A DNA stretch of 64,000 nucleotides, from NCBI RefSeq assembly GCF_006345805.1, contig NC_043008.1, forward strand, positions 40,176,001 to 40,240,000. The letters run 5' to 3'. Position numbers and translations under genes: made by a program. Shown piece by piece: positions 39,904 through 53,582 of this stretch. Below the pieces are notes generated by a model that was given only the letters and a program-made list of their open reading frames with translations, had not been told where the DNA came from and made no database searches. Numbering within the stretch: position 1 is the first letter of the stretch; every line of letters begins with the position of its first letter. The DNA is from Octopus sinensis. Taxonomy: Eukaryota.

Positions 39904-40623
39904 AATACGTGTGTGTGTTTGTGCATGTGGCCTGCTTGTGTGTGTGTGTGTGTGGATGTGTGTATCGAGTCGCCTGCAATGTTATTATTCAGCTATCTTC
40001 CAATACTGTATTGGCTATCATTGATATTGCCACATTGCATAAATTTATTTCCTGATAATATTGTTGTCTCAGTGATTTACTGGAATGAAAAGAATAACGG
40101 AAAGTCATTCAATTCGGTCAACTTGTGCCAGGTAATAAACGTGTTATTGCTGGTGAAGCGTAAATGTATAGAAATTCCTGAAGGAAATCTAATTTTTACT
40201 GTAAATACAAGCAAGATTTACGAACCGTTCATTATCAAGTTTCGCCGCAAATTTCTGGACACTTTAAAAATAGTTGAAAATCTATAGTGTATATTCATTT
40301 CCGTCTTCTTATTCAAAGAGTTTGGTAACTGGCATAACCAATTGCAAGGAAGAAGCCTCCAAGTGTCTATTTGCTTTGCTAGAAATAAATGCAAATTTTG
40401 TTTCAAATATGACAATATTCCCTCGAAATGAAAGGACACTTTTAGACGATGTATTTTGTCACAAAATATAAATGATGCACTAAGGAAGAATTTGTTTCAT
40501 AACCCTGGATCCCTGCGGTCCAGGATTTAAAAAAATAAGATTCATTAATAGATTTCGAAAACCCAATATAAGTGTCAACAATATATCCGAGAATGTTTGT
40601 TGAAACCCAACTAAATATGATTG

Positions 40624-40838
40624 AAAATCTATCTATCTTTCCGCTCAGCCGAAGTCGACTCTCTGCTTCTCGATGGATCAGTATCCTCCACCCAGTTCTA
40701 TCCTGGGTCGCTTCTTCCAGATTGGCTATGATCATTCACGTGTCACTCTGGATGGTGTCAAGCCAGCGGATTCTTGGTCGGCCTCTTCCTCTCTTGCCGC
40801 TGACCATTCCGAGCATGATGTTCTTCTCCAGGGACTAG
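40624..40838 (-). pseudogene. RTE-clade LINE 3' fragment
   Basis: LEKNIMLGMVSGKRGRGRPRIRWLDTI...EEATQDRTGWRILIH, the typical RTE/BovB C-terminus. Confidence 0.8.
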
Positions 40839-42469
40839 ATTGAAAATACCCGTGGATAAATATGCCACCAGCCGTGAAATATCGGTTTCTTTACGAACAT
40901 TGTTTCGAATGTAATACGTCTTTACAGAAGCATTTAATATGGAAGCAATCTGGCAACTATATCTATCGAGTATATTGAGGCATATTCCTTGAGCTAATCC
41001 TCTGAGTGGTATGGCGAAGGAAACGTTAAGATGACACATTGCATATATTACAGAACGTAGTGCCGTTAGTCTTTGTTAAAATTTTACATAACACCGTAGT
41101 ATATCTTTTACATCTTTATTTTATTGCTGGGTCTAATTAAAGCAGATATGCCTTCATCTACAGACAGATGGAAGATAAAGTGCTTTTCTGAATTTATAGC
41201 ATTAGATGAATTCATAGTATAAGTAGCGTGATATTTATATTTGTTTATGACAAAATTCAGACCATATTACTATCACGGCTGTGTATTGGATAGATATGTG
41301 GAAATTAAATTTCATTAAGAAAACTGGTAGAATTGCTCCCATGGAACAGAATGATAATGTCTTGCGATAATTAGATACTCACTTTTGTGCCGGGTTATGC
41401 AATGTGCCGTTTCCGTTCACTAGACAAAGTCTCTGTTTTCTACAGGATTCGCTTTGAGAAACTAGGTAAGAATATGGCAAACTCAATATTTTTAGGCATC
41501 CGTCCTACTTTACAGATCATACATGGCAGGTTGTAGAATTTCCCGTTAGTTTTCTATAAAGAGCAATAGGAGGCGAAGTCAGATAATTTCTCAGGAAAAC
41601 AATGGTTTCACTGGGCATCGAATTTTAGAACTGTTTCGACAATTTTAATCAACATGATATGTATAAATCCCTATAATCTCTTGATTATAGTATATATTAT
41701 TGAATTCTCTGGTCATAGAATTACGGCCGATCTACCCGGCGTTTGATGCGTTTAGTGTCTGAGAATAGCTAGATCTCAATCGAAGAACCGACGTTTGTTG
41801 CATATCAACCATTTTCATCGTAACGTACCAACGCATTTCTTTTGTTGAGAAAACAGGAAAATTATCCTGTTATCTCAGTCGTGTATCTTTAACGACTTGC
41901 TTAGGAAAAATGTGACGTGGTGGGTAAGATTAACATATTTAAGGAGATTAATTTTCTACTTTGGTTTTATATCAAATAGAAACTGGAGAAAAAATTTGAG
42001 CTTCGATGCTATCTGGCTCCATTCAGTGAAATGATTTTGAAAGATAGTCGAGATTAGTAAATAAGATGCAAGCACATAATGCTACTCCTAGGATGTAATT
42101 GTGGATATGAGAATAATTGGTGGTTAAGGCACTGAGACTGATCGATCAAAGCAGTCCTGTATCTAGTATGTTTCTATAACTGGCCATCGTTGACCTTTTC
42201 TAGAAGCTAATCATATAATTGTGTTGTGTGTATAACATTAATTTTCACACTTTTAACATTTTATAAATCTTGGTACATTTCTGAAACCCTCCCTGTAATA
42301 TTTCCATGAGTTTCGCCATTATGGCAATTGAGAAAGTAATAATCTAAAACTTTTTTAGCAACTTAGTAAAGTTTTTATGGAATAATGTTGTCTTTTGTAT
42401 TTCTGCTCTTACAAATGTTCAACATTAATACTAGTGATAAAATGTTCATCACAATTTATCCCATCGTAT

Positions 42470-42607
42470 TTCTTCTTCTTCTTCTTCTTCTTCTTCTTCT
42501 TCTTCTTCTTCTTCTTCTTCTTCTTCTTCTTCTTCTTCTTCTTCTTCTTCTTTCTCTTCTTCTTCTTCTTCTTCTTCTTCTTCTTCTTCTTCTTCTTCTG
42601 ATTATTA

Positions 42608-42638
<31 letters not shown>

Positions 42639-42662
42639 TATTATATTATTATTATTATTATT

Positions 42663-42733
<71 letters not shown>

Positions 42734-42743
42734 TATTATTATT
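42470..42743. repeat. Compound trinucleotide microsatellite (CTT)n-(ATT)n-(ATC)n-(ATT)n
   Basis: Direct inspection. Confidence 0.95.
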
Positions 42744-44416
42744 ACATTTCGATAATTTGGAATATTTACATTTAATGATCATCAATAACGTCTAGGATTT
42801 GTTTACGAATGATTTCGATCGGAAAGCAGTATATTAAAATTTTAAACAAAGACTATACAAAAACACTGAGGAATGCTATTCTGCAGAAGTAATTAAGATC
42901 TGTTCGTGGTAATTGGAAATGTTTCTTAACGCTCAGTAGTAACTCAAATGATACTCCAATCCACTAATCCATGACAATTTAAAACACTGAACAATTGATA
43001 TGCTCAATCACATTTCTATGAAATATGCCTAAAGAGATTTATTGACATGAGAAAATGTGGAAGCATTTCTATACACGTATTAAAAACCTTTGTCCTTCGG
43101 CTAGAAATAAACACAATAATGCTATAGCAAACACAACGTTACGCACATTTCATGCTACATAATCATTTCAACCGTATATATATATATATATATATTCTGT
43201 TTTTTTTTTTAAATATCATAACAGCATAGCAATACAAAAGCAATGCTGACAGCAATAGATACAGTATAATTATTGAGAATATTGCGAATAATGAATATAT
43301 TCATAGAGTAATGGTGTGGCAGACAGCGAAGATTACTCAGGTAATTGATTTTTAGCATTTAGTTTTCTCTTTCGAAGATAAAGTATTTAAAATCGTTATT
43401 TTATAGTTTTTACTTGATCTTTTATGAATATTTCATGGTAAAGTACTTTCTCATAATATATTAAATAAAAATGAAGTAATCAGCGATGACTATATGACAC
43501 AATGTGTTATCATAATATTCTAAAGTTGATAGAAAGAGTGGTTTATTTTGATGACTACTGTAGCGTATTTTCTTCCCTATCTCTATGTTTTTGTATCCAA
43601 TAACACTAATGATTTTTTCGGCTCTTATCACTGTGGGTTAATAATAACCATGAATTCAAAGATAGATAGAAAGAAATGGCGTGAGAGAAAGAGGGATCAA
43701 GATGATCCCTCTTTCTCTCACGCCAGAGGTATAGGGAAAGAGAGAAGGAAGTAACATTCCGCGAGAGAAAGGTGGTGCGTGCAAAATATGAAAGATAAAA
43801 GGAGTACACGTTCGTATGTGGCACAGTGAAAGAGTAAATAAATTTGTTACGATGAAAAAATTGACAGTGGAAGCTCGAAATTAAAATCAAAGCGAGGGTT
43901 ATGAATGTGTACGAAATTTAAGCGAAGGAGCAAAATCCGACTTTGATAAACGTATTAGTCAGGCTGTACGATCTTAGCGTTTTGGAAACGTTGCATCGTT
44001 CGTCAGACTATCACCCCTGTTCAAACTAAACAAAGCAAATTGCCGGAAATGCACAAAACCATACATGGCGTTAAATAAAATTTTATCCATGTCTTCCAAA
44101 TGAAAAGAAAACAAGAAGGAAACAGAAGAGTGGACAGAATATAGAAAAACAAGGTGTCTTCCGTCTTAAAACAAAGACAGAATGGGAGGATGATTGTACA
44201 CAGGGACGTTATATAAATATTTTCACTTGGGAAAAATATCACATGGGTTGAAACTATAACAGGATACCAAAATTGTTGGAAAGTATCATCAGGATGGGTG
44301 ATATAAAAGAGTAAGTGCGAAAATGTGTGAAAGAAAAAGAAGACACAACTACAGTAAAACAAGCATATAATAGGCACAAAAGATATATATATATATATAT
44401 ATGTAAAGAGAGAGAG

Positions 44417-44448
<32 letters not shown>

Positions 44449-44767
44449 TTAGAGAGAGTAAGAGAAAAGAGTAGAAGAGAGTGGGAAAGTGGATAGTGTA
44501 TGCCACAGAGAGGGGAGAAATATAATTGCCTACATCAGAAGCAAGAATAAAAACAACAGCAAAGGATGTGTAAACAAGTAAGAAAATAATAGAGAAACAG
44601 ATAGAAATAATTCTACACAGACATGCCGGAAGTAAATAGACATATTTAATTTTCAAAATTTCTGATTTAAGCATCTTAATATGTTTTCAGTGGTGTAGAA
44701 TTTACAATGTAATAATTCTTTTTTCATTCCAGGTGCCATTATATCAATCATTTGTGAAGAGTAACCA

Positions 44768-45158
44768 TGCCGCGCCAAAAAAAGAATAAATAAAATAAAA
44801 TAAATAAAAAATTAGCAGAACTGTCAGATTTTCAAAGAGATCGTATTATCTGGTCTTAGGCAGCGAAAATGTGCTGAAAATCTTCAAATTCCCCTTGCTA
44901 CTGTGAATAGAATTAAAGTGCAATTCAAAAGCCAAAGGAAAAGGATCAACAGAATCTCGTCCCGGCCGACCTGGGTCCACGGAAAGGAAGCTTCGCTGTT
45001 TGAAGAGAATTGTGGAAAACGAACCCTGTTCGATAGGCTTCTGACATTGCAAAACAGCTAGAAGTTAGTCCAAGAACGTGTGTTACATATCTGTATAAGC
45101 TTGGGTATTATGGATGAGCAGCTAGAAGAAAACATCTCCTTCAACCAATTAATATAAA
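44768..45158 (+). pseudogene. Tc1-like transposase N-terminal (paired/HTH) remnant
   Basis: MPRQK...ELSDFQRDRII...STESRPGRPGSTERKLRCLKRIVENEP...ASDIAKQLEVSPRTCVTYLYKLGYYG*AARRKHLL, with frameshifts. Confidence 0.75.
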
Positions 45159-47385
45159 ATATAAGAGTGAAAATTAAAGGTGTCTATTTACTTCCTGTAT
45201 GTCTGTGTACTTCATCAGCTTTTTTCGACTATAGTTAATACAATTTCAGCGTCTGCAAACGCTGATATCACTTATCTATAATGTTCCCGGGTTCAAACCA
45301 AATAAAACGAACTAAATCTTACAATAGAAGACAAAGAGGAAAGAGCTATAAAATTAGTACGATAAAAAGAATAAAGAGTTAGAGACAATAAAAAGAAAGA
45401 TAGGATATCTTTCAACCTGAGACAGAGACAGTTGTGATCGCGGATGACATGAAAAGGAGAAAGGCCAAGTCAGAACAAGAGAGAGATATTCAGCTACAAA
45501 CACACACGTTTATTTATTCACATATACCTTTGGATTATTATCTCCCTTGCTTCAACGAACACCTTTATTTCATGTTGCACGCTTTAAAAGATGTCCCTTA
45601 ACATGAAATCAATGGTAGCCTTAACACAAAGATGTTATATAATGTCTAATGTAAAAGAACACACTATCATAGACGAATACTTTATATTTAAATATTTGCA
45701 TATACAAAAGCCGTTTCCTGTGGCATGGAGAGATGATCTATACAAGTTATATGAGTAAAAGTTGAACGAGTAGCACGAATTAAGACGTGTATATTGATTT
45801 AAACATTAGGGAACTAAAATATACACAAGAAAGCAGGGTGTTTTACCTCTGGTACGCCTCATGTTGAACCTTAAATATAAATATATACGTAACAATATAC
45901 ACTGTCACTATTTATATGAAAGTCAAGTGTTTCACATTGCTGACAGCTGCATGTAGATTTATCTATGAGAGTATCAAGGGGTTCAGTGGTAGTATATGGT
46001 ATATACTGATTTTACTTTTCTGGTATTTACTACGTTCAAGATGTCCACTTATAACTGTCTCGGAAAAACATATTGTAAATTTTCTATTCGTACCTCTTTA
46101 AGAAATTATCAATGCCATATACGACTATTTCACGACTGTATGCTTCTATTTAATGTATAGATACCATTTTAATCATTCAATAGTCTTATTTTTACATCTT
46201 AATGCGAGGTTATATACATTTACGAATACATACACACACACGCACATTATATTTGGCATAATGGCCGAATCACATTCATCGACAATGAATCACAATAATT
46301 AGCTAAGTTAAGTTTATATATGAAACGAAAATTTACATCATAATTCTTTAGTTAATATATCAGAATTAGAATAAATGTTGCGATGTTCGATGTAGTTTAG
46401 ACAAACGTATAGATAAAGCGAAAAAATATGAATAAAATAATCCAGAATAGTTTTATTAAAGTCATTTGTCACTAGTAATTCATATCAGATACATTTATCT
46501 TATTTTCTCACTAGAGATATGAACATTATGAAAATGTCTACTGTTGTGACAGAGAAAAAATGGATTGCGAAACATATTAAAATGTTCTTTTATTTTTTCA
46601 TTTGATATTTTGGCGTTTGCTTTTCAGATTTTTGTTTCAATTACTTTTTTCTTGTGATAAATTACCATAAATCACCACTAAAATTGTTCCCAGAACAGAG
46701 ATATTCATTTGTTTTGTTGCTTTCTAGCCATAACTTTAGAAGTTTTACAATACACGGTGCATTAAAGACTTGTGAAAGAGGTGAGCTACTCTTCTTTTTA
46801 TTTAAAAAATATATCTCAGGTGTGGTCGTTTGCTATATCTGCATTACACTAATTGAGTATTAACTGAGAACTAACGGAATTGTTCAGATAATTCCCTTAT
46901 CTTTGACTGCAATATAAGAAGTGAGATAAAGAAAAGGCAAAAACAATAGAAAAAATGTCCATTGTTTAATATCCACACATTCACTGTGAATAATATATGT
47001 GATTTTCGTGTCCACCAAGTCGTATGTTTGTTTCACTTCGTAGTGTATTTATAGAGAAAGACAAAAAAAATACTGTAAAAGGTAAACGAAATATTTCTGT
47101 TTCATGGTTCCACTTTCATGGTCATCTTACACAGAGCAAAGGTTTGTAGCATTTTTCATTTTACCTTTCCTCGTAAGCAGGAAAGGTGACATGAAAGGTA
47201 GCCTTTATCTTAAGTTACCATAATAGTTAAACAATCACACTCACTTATTGAAATTTTCAAATACATTTTTTAGTATTCGGTAAATTCTAAATCATTTATT
47301 TATATTATTCTATGTTTTTGAAATGAGGAAATATGTACGTTATTTACAATGAAAGGTTATGTGTCTTCACATCGTTTGTTCTTAC

Positions 47386-47427
47386 CACAATATTTCGGCT
47401 GATGTACTCTCCTGCCATCATCAAGTG
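47386..47427 (-). ncRNA. Minimal type I HHR-like motif (PLE type)
   Basis: Reverse complement reads CAC-UUGAUGA-U-GGC...GCC-GAAA-UAU-U-GUG, with palindromic AUAU in place of stem III. Confidence 0.55.
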
Positions 47428-47648
47428 CTTTGTTGAAATTTTGAACCCATACTTTTATTTCACTAATGGAGCGCTTTGCTTTTATTCCTAAGTTATTGTC
47501 TTATTTTTTTACAATACACCGTGCATTAAAGACTTGTGAAAGAGGTGAGTTACTCTTTGTTTTATCAAAACAAAAAGAAACACCTTAGGAATGAGAACAG
47601 AGTAGCCCATTAGTCAAATAAAAGTTTGGGTTCGAAATTCCACTAGAA

Positions 47649-47690
47649 CACCTGTTGAAGGCTGGAGAATACATCAGCCGGGACGTGGTA
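47649..47690 (+). ncRNA. Degenerate minimal HHR (paralog of 47386-47427)
   Basis: CAC-CUGUUGA-A-GGCUG-GAGAAUACAU-CAGCC-GGGA-CGU. GAAA has mutated to GGGA. Confidence 0.4.
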
Positions 47691-48416
47691 ACAGCAAACG
47701 AAGTGATGACACCTGTGCGTCCATTGTAAGTACTGTACATTTATTTATGATGCTTAAATTTTTTTCAACGATGATCAAGCAAATCTATAATCAATAAGCT
47801 GCAAGGATATCGCATCACCAACACCACCACCAAAACCACTACCACCACCACTATTACACCACCACCACAACCACCACCACAACCATCACCATTATCATCA
47901 TCTCATCAGCAGCAGCAGCAGTAGCAGAAGCAGCAGCAGCAATATCATCTGATTAAAACTCACTTTATTTTGCACATGCATCACAACCACATGTGCGCAA
48001 GATGGTGATCTCATATCAAGATAAACAGCGCATGAACTTGCAGGTGGGGACCAGTTAGAACTGTCTTCAAGTCGAGTAGCCCATCCCACTTAAAAAGGTC
48101 TTTGAATAAGTGTAGTGTAAGGATGTCGAACAAAACAGCCATGTTTCCATAGGTGAATTATTCAAATCTCAAAGAATTCTCAACACAAGGCTATGATGCT
48201 CCACAACAATTTTGCTCTTTATCAGGGATGCACATATCGTCAGCCACTAAGGGACATGATCAGTTGGTTAAGGTCAGATATCTGACAAGCAAATCTGTGG
48301 TATTGAACAGAATATTTTCTGTCGCCCATCTTTTATACCAAGACAAAACAATGTACTTGATAACACTTCTACAAGATCAGAAACCATGAAAGCCATTGTC
48401 GGTACTGCAACAGGAC

Positions 48417-48418
<2 letters not shown>

Positions 48419-48455
<37 letters not shown>

Positions 48456-49230
48456 TGTTGTTGTTGTTGTTGTGTTGTTATTATTATTGCCTTTGCACAG
48501 CTTTTAACGCTGGAAATGTACTACGGTGTCAGCTGTTCACTACCAGTGAACACCTCTTCTTTTTTGAGCACCTTCCGGAGTATTCGAGCAGTGTTGTTTT
48601 CTGCAAATGCTCCACCCTTATTGCAGCCTCTATTTGTTCCATGTAATTCTCAAGATTTTTACTCACTCATCCCAGGGCTCTGACAATTGTTGGTATCTCT
48701 ACCATTTTTTTCATCGACCACAACTGCCGCTCTTTTTCTTGGTACATACAGTCTTTCTGTATCACCTTTTGAGTGGAGTGTCCCATATCTAGTTAGTAAC
48801 TTCCTTATCTTTCTGTCTAAGTTGTTTAGATCATCTACTCTCCATGCGATTACCCCTGCTACATATCTAAGGATTGAAACCGCCCAGGTGTTGTTATCTT
48901 CAATCTTATTCCGTCCGTTTAATTTCGAGTTAAGGATCAGTCTCAGTGTACGCAAGTACTCCACCTTAAATTTTTCTGCCATTTCTTTCTCCATCAATTT
49001 ATCCATTTCCAAAATCCCCATGTACTTATAGCCCATGTCTTCTATCTGCTTCATAACCTACATCCTCAAGGGTTTCGTTAGCCCGCCCATACATTGGATT
49101 TTTGCCTATTTTCAAAGGTAACACACTACACTTTCTCAGCCCGAACACCATTCTGATATCAGCACTGACACATTTTGAGATACTTTGTATCAAGTAACAT
49201 TTTGTCAAAGCTGCTCTTCACTTAACATTT
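48419..49230 (-). pseudogene. R4/Dong-like RLE non-LTR retrotransposon remnant with internal deletion and (TAA/CAA)n end
   Basis: YKYMGILE...EYLRTLRLILNSKLNGRNKI..NNTWAVSILRY...LDRKIRKLLT...LHSKGDTERLYVPRK is joined directly to C-terminal VEIPTIVRALG...LQKTTLLE..RILRKVL. Simple-repeat tail at 48419-48487. Confidence 0.8.
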
Positions 49231-49815
49231 AACTATGTCGAATGTGGAACGTCATATCGATAAATTTAATATCAGTCTATCTTTCATGGCGGTAATAATT
49301 GTTAATAGCCAGTCAACAGATATCTCTAATTGGAATTATAAACACGTTTAAATTACCGAGGTGGGATTTGATAAATTTAAATACATACGGCATCATATTC
49401 TTGTGGTAAATGGAAACATACGATGAAAGAAATGAATTTTCTAAACGTTCTAATAGGAACATGAAGTAACAGAATATGCTTTCTGTGAGACAACACAACT
49501 TGCATCAAAGAGATAATAAATGGAAAATTATATGCGACTATTACCTGCGCAATAGACGGATTTCAGAAAGAAATCCGTGTTAGGTATGAAATGGTTTGTT
49601 GACTTTTTTTTATCGAAAGATCACCTACAGATATATGATCAAAAGCACCAGGCTCATGATTACCACGTCTGTTTATGTCCGATATTATCGTATGAATCTG
49701 TAGGGTGGCGTTCATATACATCTGGCTTACATTTCTAGATTCTATGCTCATGATGTCTGCCATCTTAGGGCCGAAAAGTTTGTTTCAAATACAGGTATGT
49801 CGTTCTGATATATAT

Positions 49816-49849
<34 letters not shown>

Positions 49850-50043
49850 AAATAGTAAAAAGTGAAAGAACTACAGAAGGCTTGTTTTAAAAGGTTAGAA
49901 AATATATATTTGAGTCATTATGTCTGAAGAATGTTATAAATTTTTTTCATGCAATGACATAGTTTTTGAAGAAATGACCGGTTTTTTACTTTTTACTATT
50001 TTTATATATTCAACCACGTGCTTTCACACACCAACTTCTCACC

Positions 50044-50123
<80 letters not shown>

Positions 50124-51461
50124 ATGTATATGTATATATATATAAGTTAATGAAAGTACGGAAGATTAACGCATAAGAAAAATAATTGCGAAAATTATAG
50201 TTCCCCAGTTTCAAATTATTTGGCACACTACCAGTACATATGTAGTTGTTCATTCTGTTTCGCGTGAATTGAGATTTGACTACAACACTATTCCATAAGA
50301 CGAAAAATGGTTCTTACGAAACACTATTCCATCTACATTGTCCAACCACAATTTAATGTTAATAATACAAGGTACAGAATGCTCCTTGTAAAGAGGAACC
50401 CTGAAATTTTCCGTTCTGCGATTTTCTGATCATCCTTGCAGCCTTATTGCATCCATTACGTTAATTTTCTATTTTACAATTTCAGAGAGTGATTTGTTTG
50501 TGATTTCGTTTTATGGTGAGTATACGTCATGATGTTTATATGATGGCTCTGCGATTATTGTTGTCACTTTTGCTGTACTCTATTGTACGTAGATTTATCG
50601 ATGTTATTTATTCTGAAGTTTTGCTTGTTATTATTGCGACTTTTGTTGTTTAGATTCGAATCATCTATAATGGAGCTCCAAAACTGTTTCAAACAACAAT
50701 CATTATTTTTCCCGCAAAAGCAATATATTTATTGCTCCATTATATAAAAAAAGCAACCTCCCTTCTTTACGACGGAAAATGTTTCTTTGATGAGGCTTTG
50801 GATTGATACAAGGTCACTCGACTACGTACAAGCATCCTCGTTGACTCGAAGCAATGTTGATAGAAGACGGTGAGAATATATCAAATTTCAGTATTCATAT
50901 AAAAATTATGGCTGAACTGTTTGTTCTTTCAATAACCTTAAAACATAAATTTCGACAATTCAGCCATCAACAATAACTTTACAGAACATATAATAAACGC
51001 TTGTACTATTTCAAATAATACAATAAAATACCTAATGGTGTATTATATGTTAAAGATAGAAAAATATAAAACATTTTTTGTTTGTTTTATATTACGCGTA
51101 TGTATTTATAATATTATTGTTTGTTTATTTATATAATTTTGTTTTTTAGGCTACAATATTGTTTTTTTCACAATAATGACGAACAAATACACGAAAGTGT
51201 AAGCACATCTAAGGTATTAAATCAATCTGGTAACTTTGATTAGTCTTCTTAGTCGGCTTCACCACGATAATTGGATGCTAAACTTTACGTCTAAATCTTT
51301 CAATTCTTTCCATTGGAGGAGCATAATACGCAATACACATTGTGTAAAATTTATCTGAATACGATTTTCATATAACTCTATTTTAACCTAGAATGTTTGA
51401 TTATTTTGATATTTGTATTGCATTTTACTTGGTATTATATTACATTCAAGATAAATTAATG

Positions 51462-51511
<50 letters not shown>

Positions 51512-51677
51512 TAATAATAATAATAATAATTTAACTTAAAAAAAAAAATGAACGAACTATTGAGTTTGATGTAATGGCCTACCGATGTATACTATGAGTT
51601 TCTTTGCCCTGGGAGTCGGGAAGACACTCGGCAAGAAATGGAAGCAAATTTGAAAGAAGAAAAAAAAAATAATAACG

Positions 51678-51745
<68 letters not shown>

Positions 51746-52145
51746 GGGCTGTTTTAATCGTGGTTTTCATTACTTGTTTCGTTATGCTGCTTCAAACTGA
51801 ACAACATTTACTTAAAAGTTTGAAAATAGCATTAAAATTTGTTTTATACAGAAGAACGTATACATTCATATAAATCAAATTTCTTAGTTTTCGAATAGCA
51901 AAAAATATATTAATGGAATATTTCAGGCTTTATCTTAAAACTAAAAAAGTTGTAAAAGTTAGGTAGCTTTGGACACGTGTATTTTCTCTCCATTTTTCTA
52001 TCATCTGTATGTCAGTTAATTCTCTTTGGTGTACACACACGCGCGCGCGCACGTGCGTATATACACATACGTGCAGACACGCGCGTGTGCACACACTCAC
52101 ACACACATGCACACAGATACATACATACAGACACACATCAGCGTG

Positions 52146-52179
<34 letters not shown>

Positions 52180-53022
52180 TGTCGGTGTATATGTCAATCT
52201 GTATGTATGTATATATGTATATTCATATATATATTAATAGTTATCGCCAAGCTAACATATAATTCCAGCTGCCATTGAAGAGCTCCAAGAGGCCATCGAA
52301 CTGTGGAGGTCAGCTGCATCCCCTTGCTGGTCTGGCACCCACAGACTAGTTTCGAGATGGTTGCCTCTTATCGCCAAACTAACATATAATTCCAGGCTGC
52401 TGCCCGACTGTTCGAAGAATAATTTACTTAAATTCAGTGTAATACATCCACTGGTTTTCAAAGATAGAAATATCATTATTTCTAATTCTCTCTAAAGTAG
52501 ACTACGGCAGCGGTACTGGATATTAATAATTATCGCCAAGCTTTCATGGCAGTCCAGAAAAATAGGGCGAAATGCTGCCGTTGATTAGCTCCCACAGGTC
52601 ATCTCTTCTATCTAGCTATGTGACACACAAACCTGTGTCCATTATATGTGCATTTCTTTGTACGTGTTTCTCGTGAAATTAGTATTTGTGTTTCATCTAG
52701 GATTTGTCAATTTGTATCCCTCCATTTGCACCTATGTTCAAAATTATTATTAGCCATTATACGCTATACCGTAGCTACAGTCCATTCATCGCAATTGTAA
52801 TAGCACTTACTGTTCATAAACACAGTTCATGGATATTATTTCGCCAATGAATATATCGTTAGATAAAACAATTTCCTTAATAATTGCTACAGAAGAAGGG
52901 GCTGTTTATAAAGGCCCTGCTGTTGTAATAATTGGATATGCTAGTTTGTTCATGCTCATGCACTCATACATATTTCCCTTTATTTCTAGGAAATGCAGAA
53001 TATAAAAACTGCATAGCGATAT

Positions 53023-53435
53023 ACTCTTTACTCCTTTACTCTTTTACTTGTTTCAGTCATTTGACTACGGCCATGCTAGAGCACCGCCTTTAGTCGAGCA
53101 AATCGACCCCGGGACTTATTCTTTGTAAGCACAGTACTTATTCTATCGGTCTCTTTTGTCGAACCGCTAAGTGACGGGGACATAAACACACCAGCATCGG
53201 TCGTCAAGCAATGCTAGGGAGACAAACACAGACACACAAACACATACATATATATATATATATACATATATACGACAGGCTTCTTTCAGTTTCCATCTAC
53301 CAAATCCACTCACAAGGCATTGGTCCGCCCGGGGTTATAGCAGAAGACACCTGCCCAAGATGCCACGCAGTGGGACTGAACCCGGAATCATGTGGTTGGT
53401 TAGCAAGCTACTTACCACACAGTCACTCCTGCGCC
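53023..53435 (-). mobile_element. Composite tRNA-type SINE (paralog of 22087-22499)
   Basis: Collinear high similarity with 22087-22499. Confidence 0.85.
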
Positions 53436-53522
53436 TATATATGCATCTTTTTACACATATATGTATATACACATCCACACGCATACACCCCCGCAGACAC
53501 TCACACTCATGTACACACACAC

Positions 53523-53582
<60 letters not shown>

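Larger units (their letters stand above)
47329..47745. repeat. Diverged inverted repeat (arms ~47329-47492 and ~47584-47745), each arm holding a minimal HHR remnant
   Basis: Left gtgctttgttgaaattttgaacccatacttttatttcactaatgg...attcctaag matches the reverse complement of the right arm, gtgttctagtggaatttcgaacccaaacttttatttgactaatgg...attcctaag. Confidence 0.8.

Noticed and set aside
44021-44674. 217-aa hydrophobic ORF ending YLTPCMVLCISGNLLCLV, reminiscent of GPCR TM1
   Set aside because: The GN motif is at the very end. The three downstream frames show no TM2/TM3 motifs. The hydrophobicity comes from the antisense of GA-rich and microsatellite DNA.
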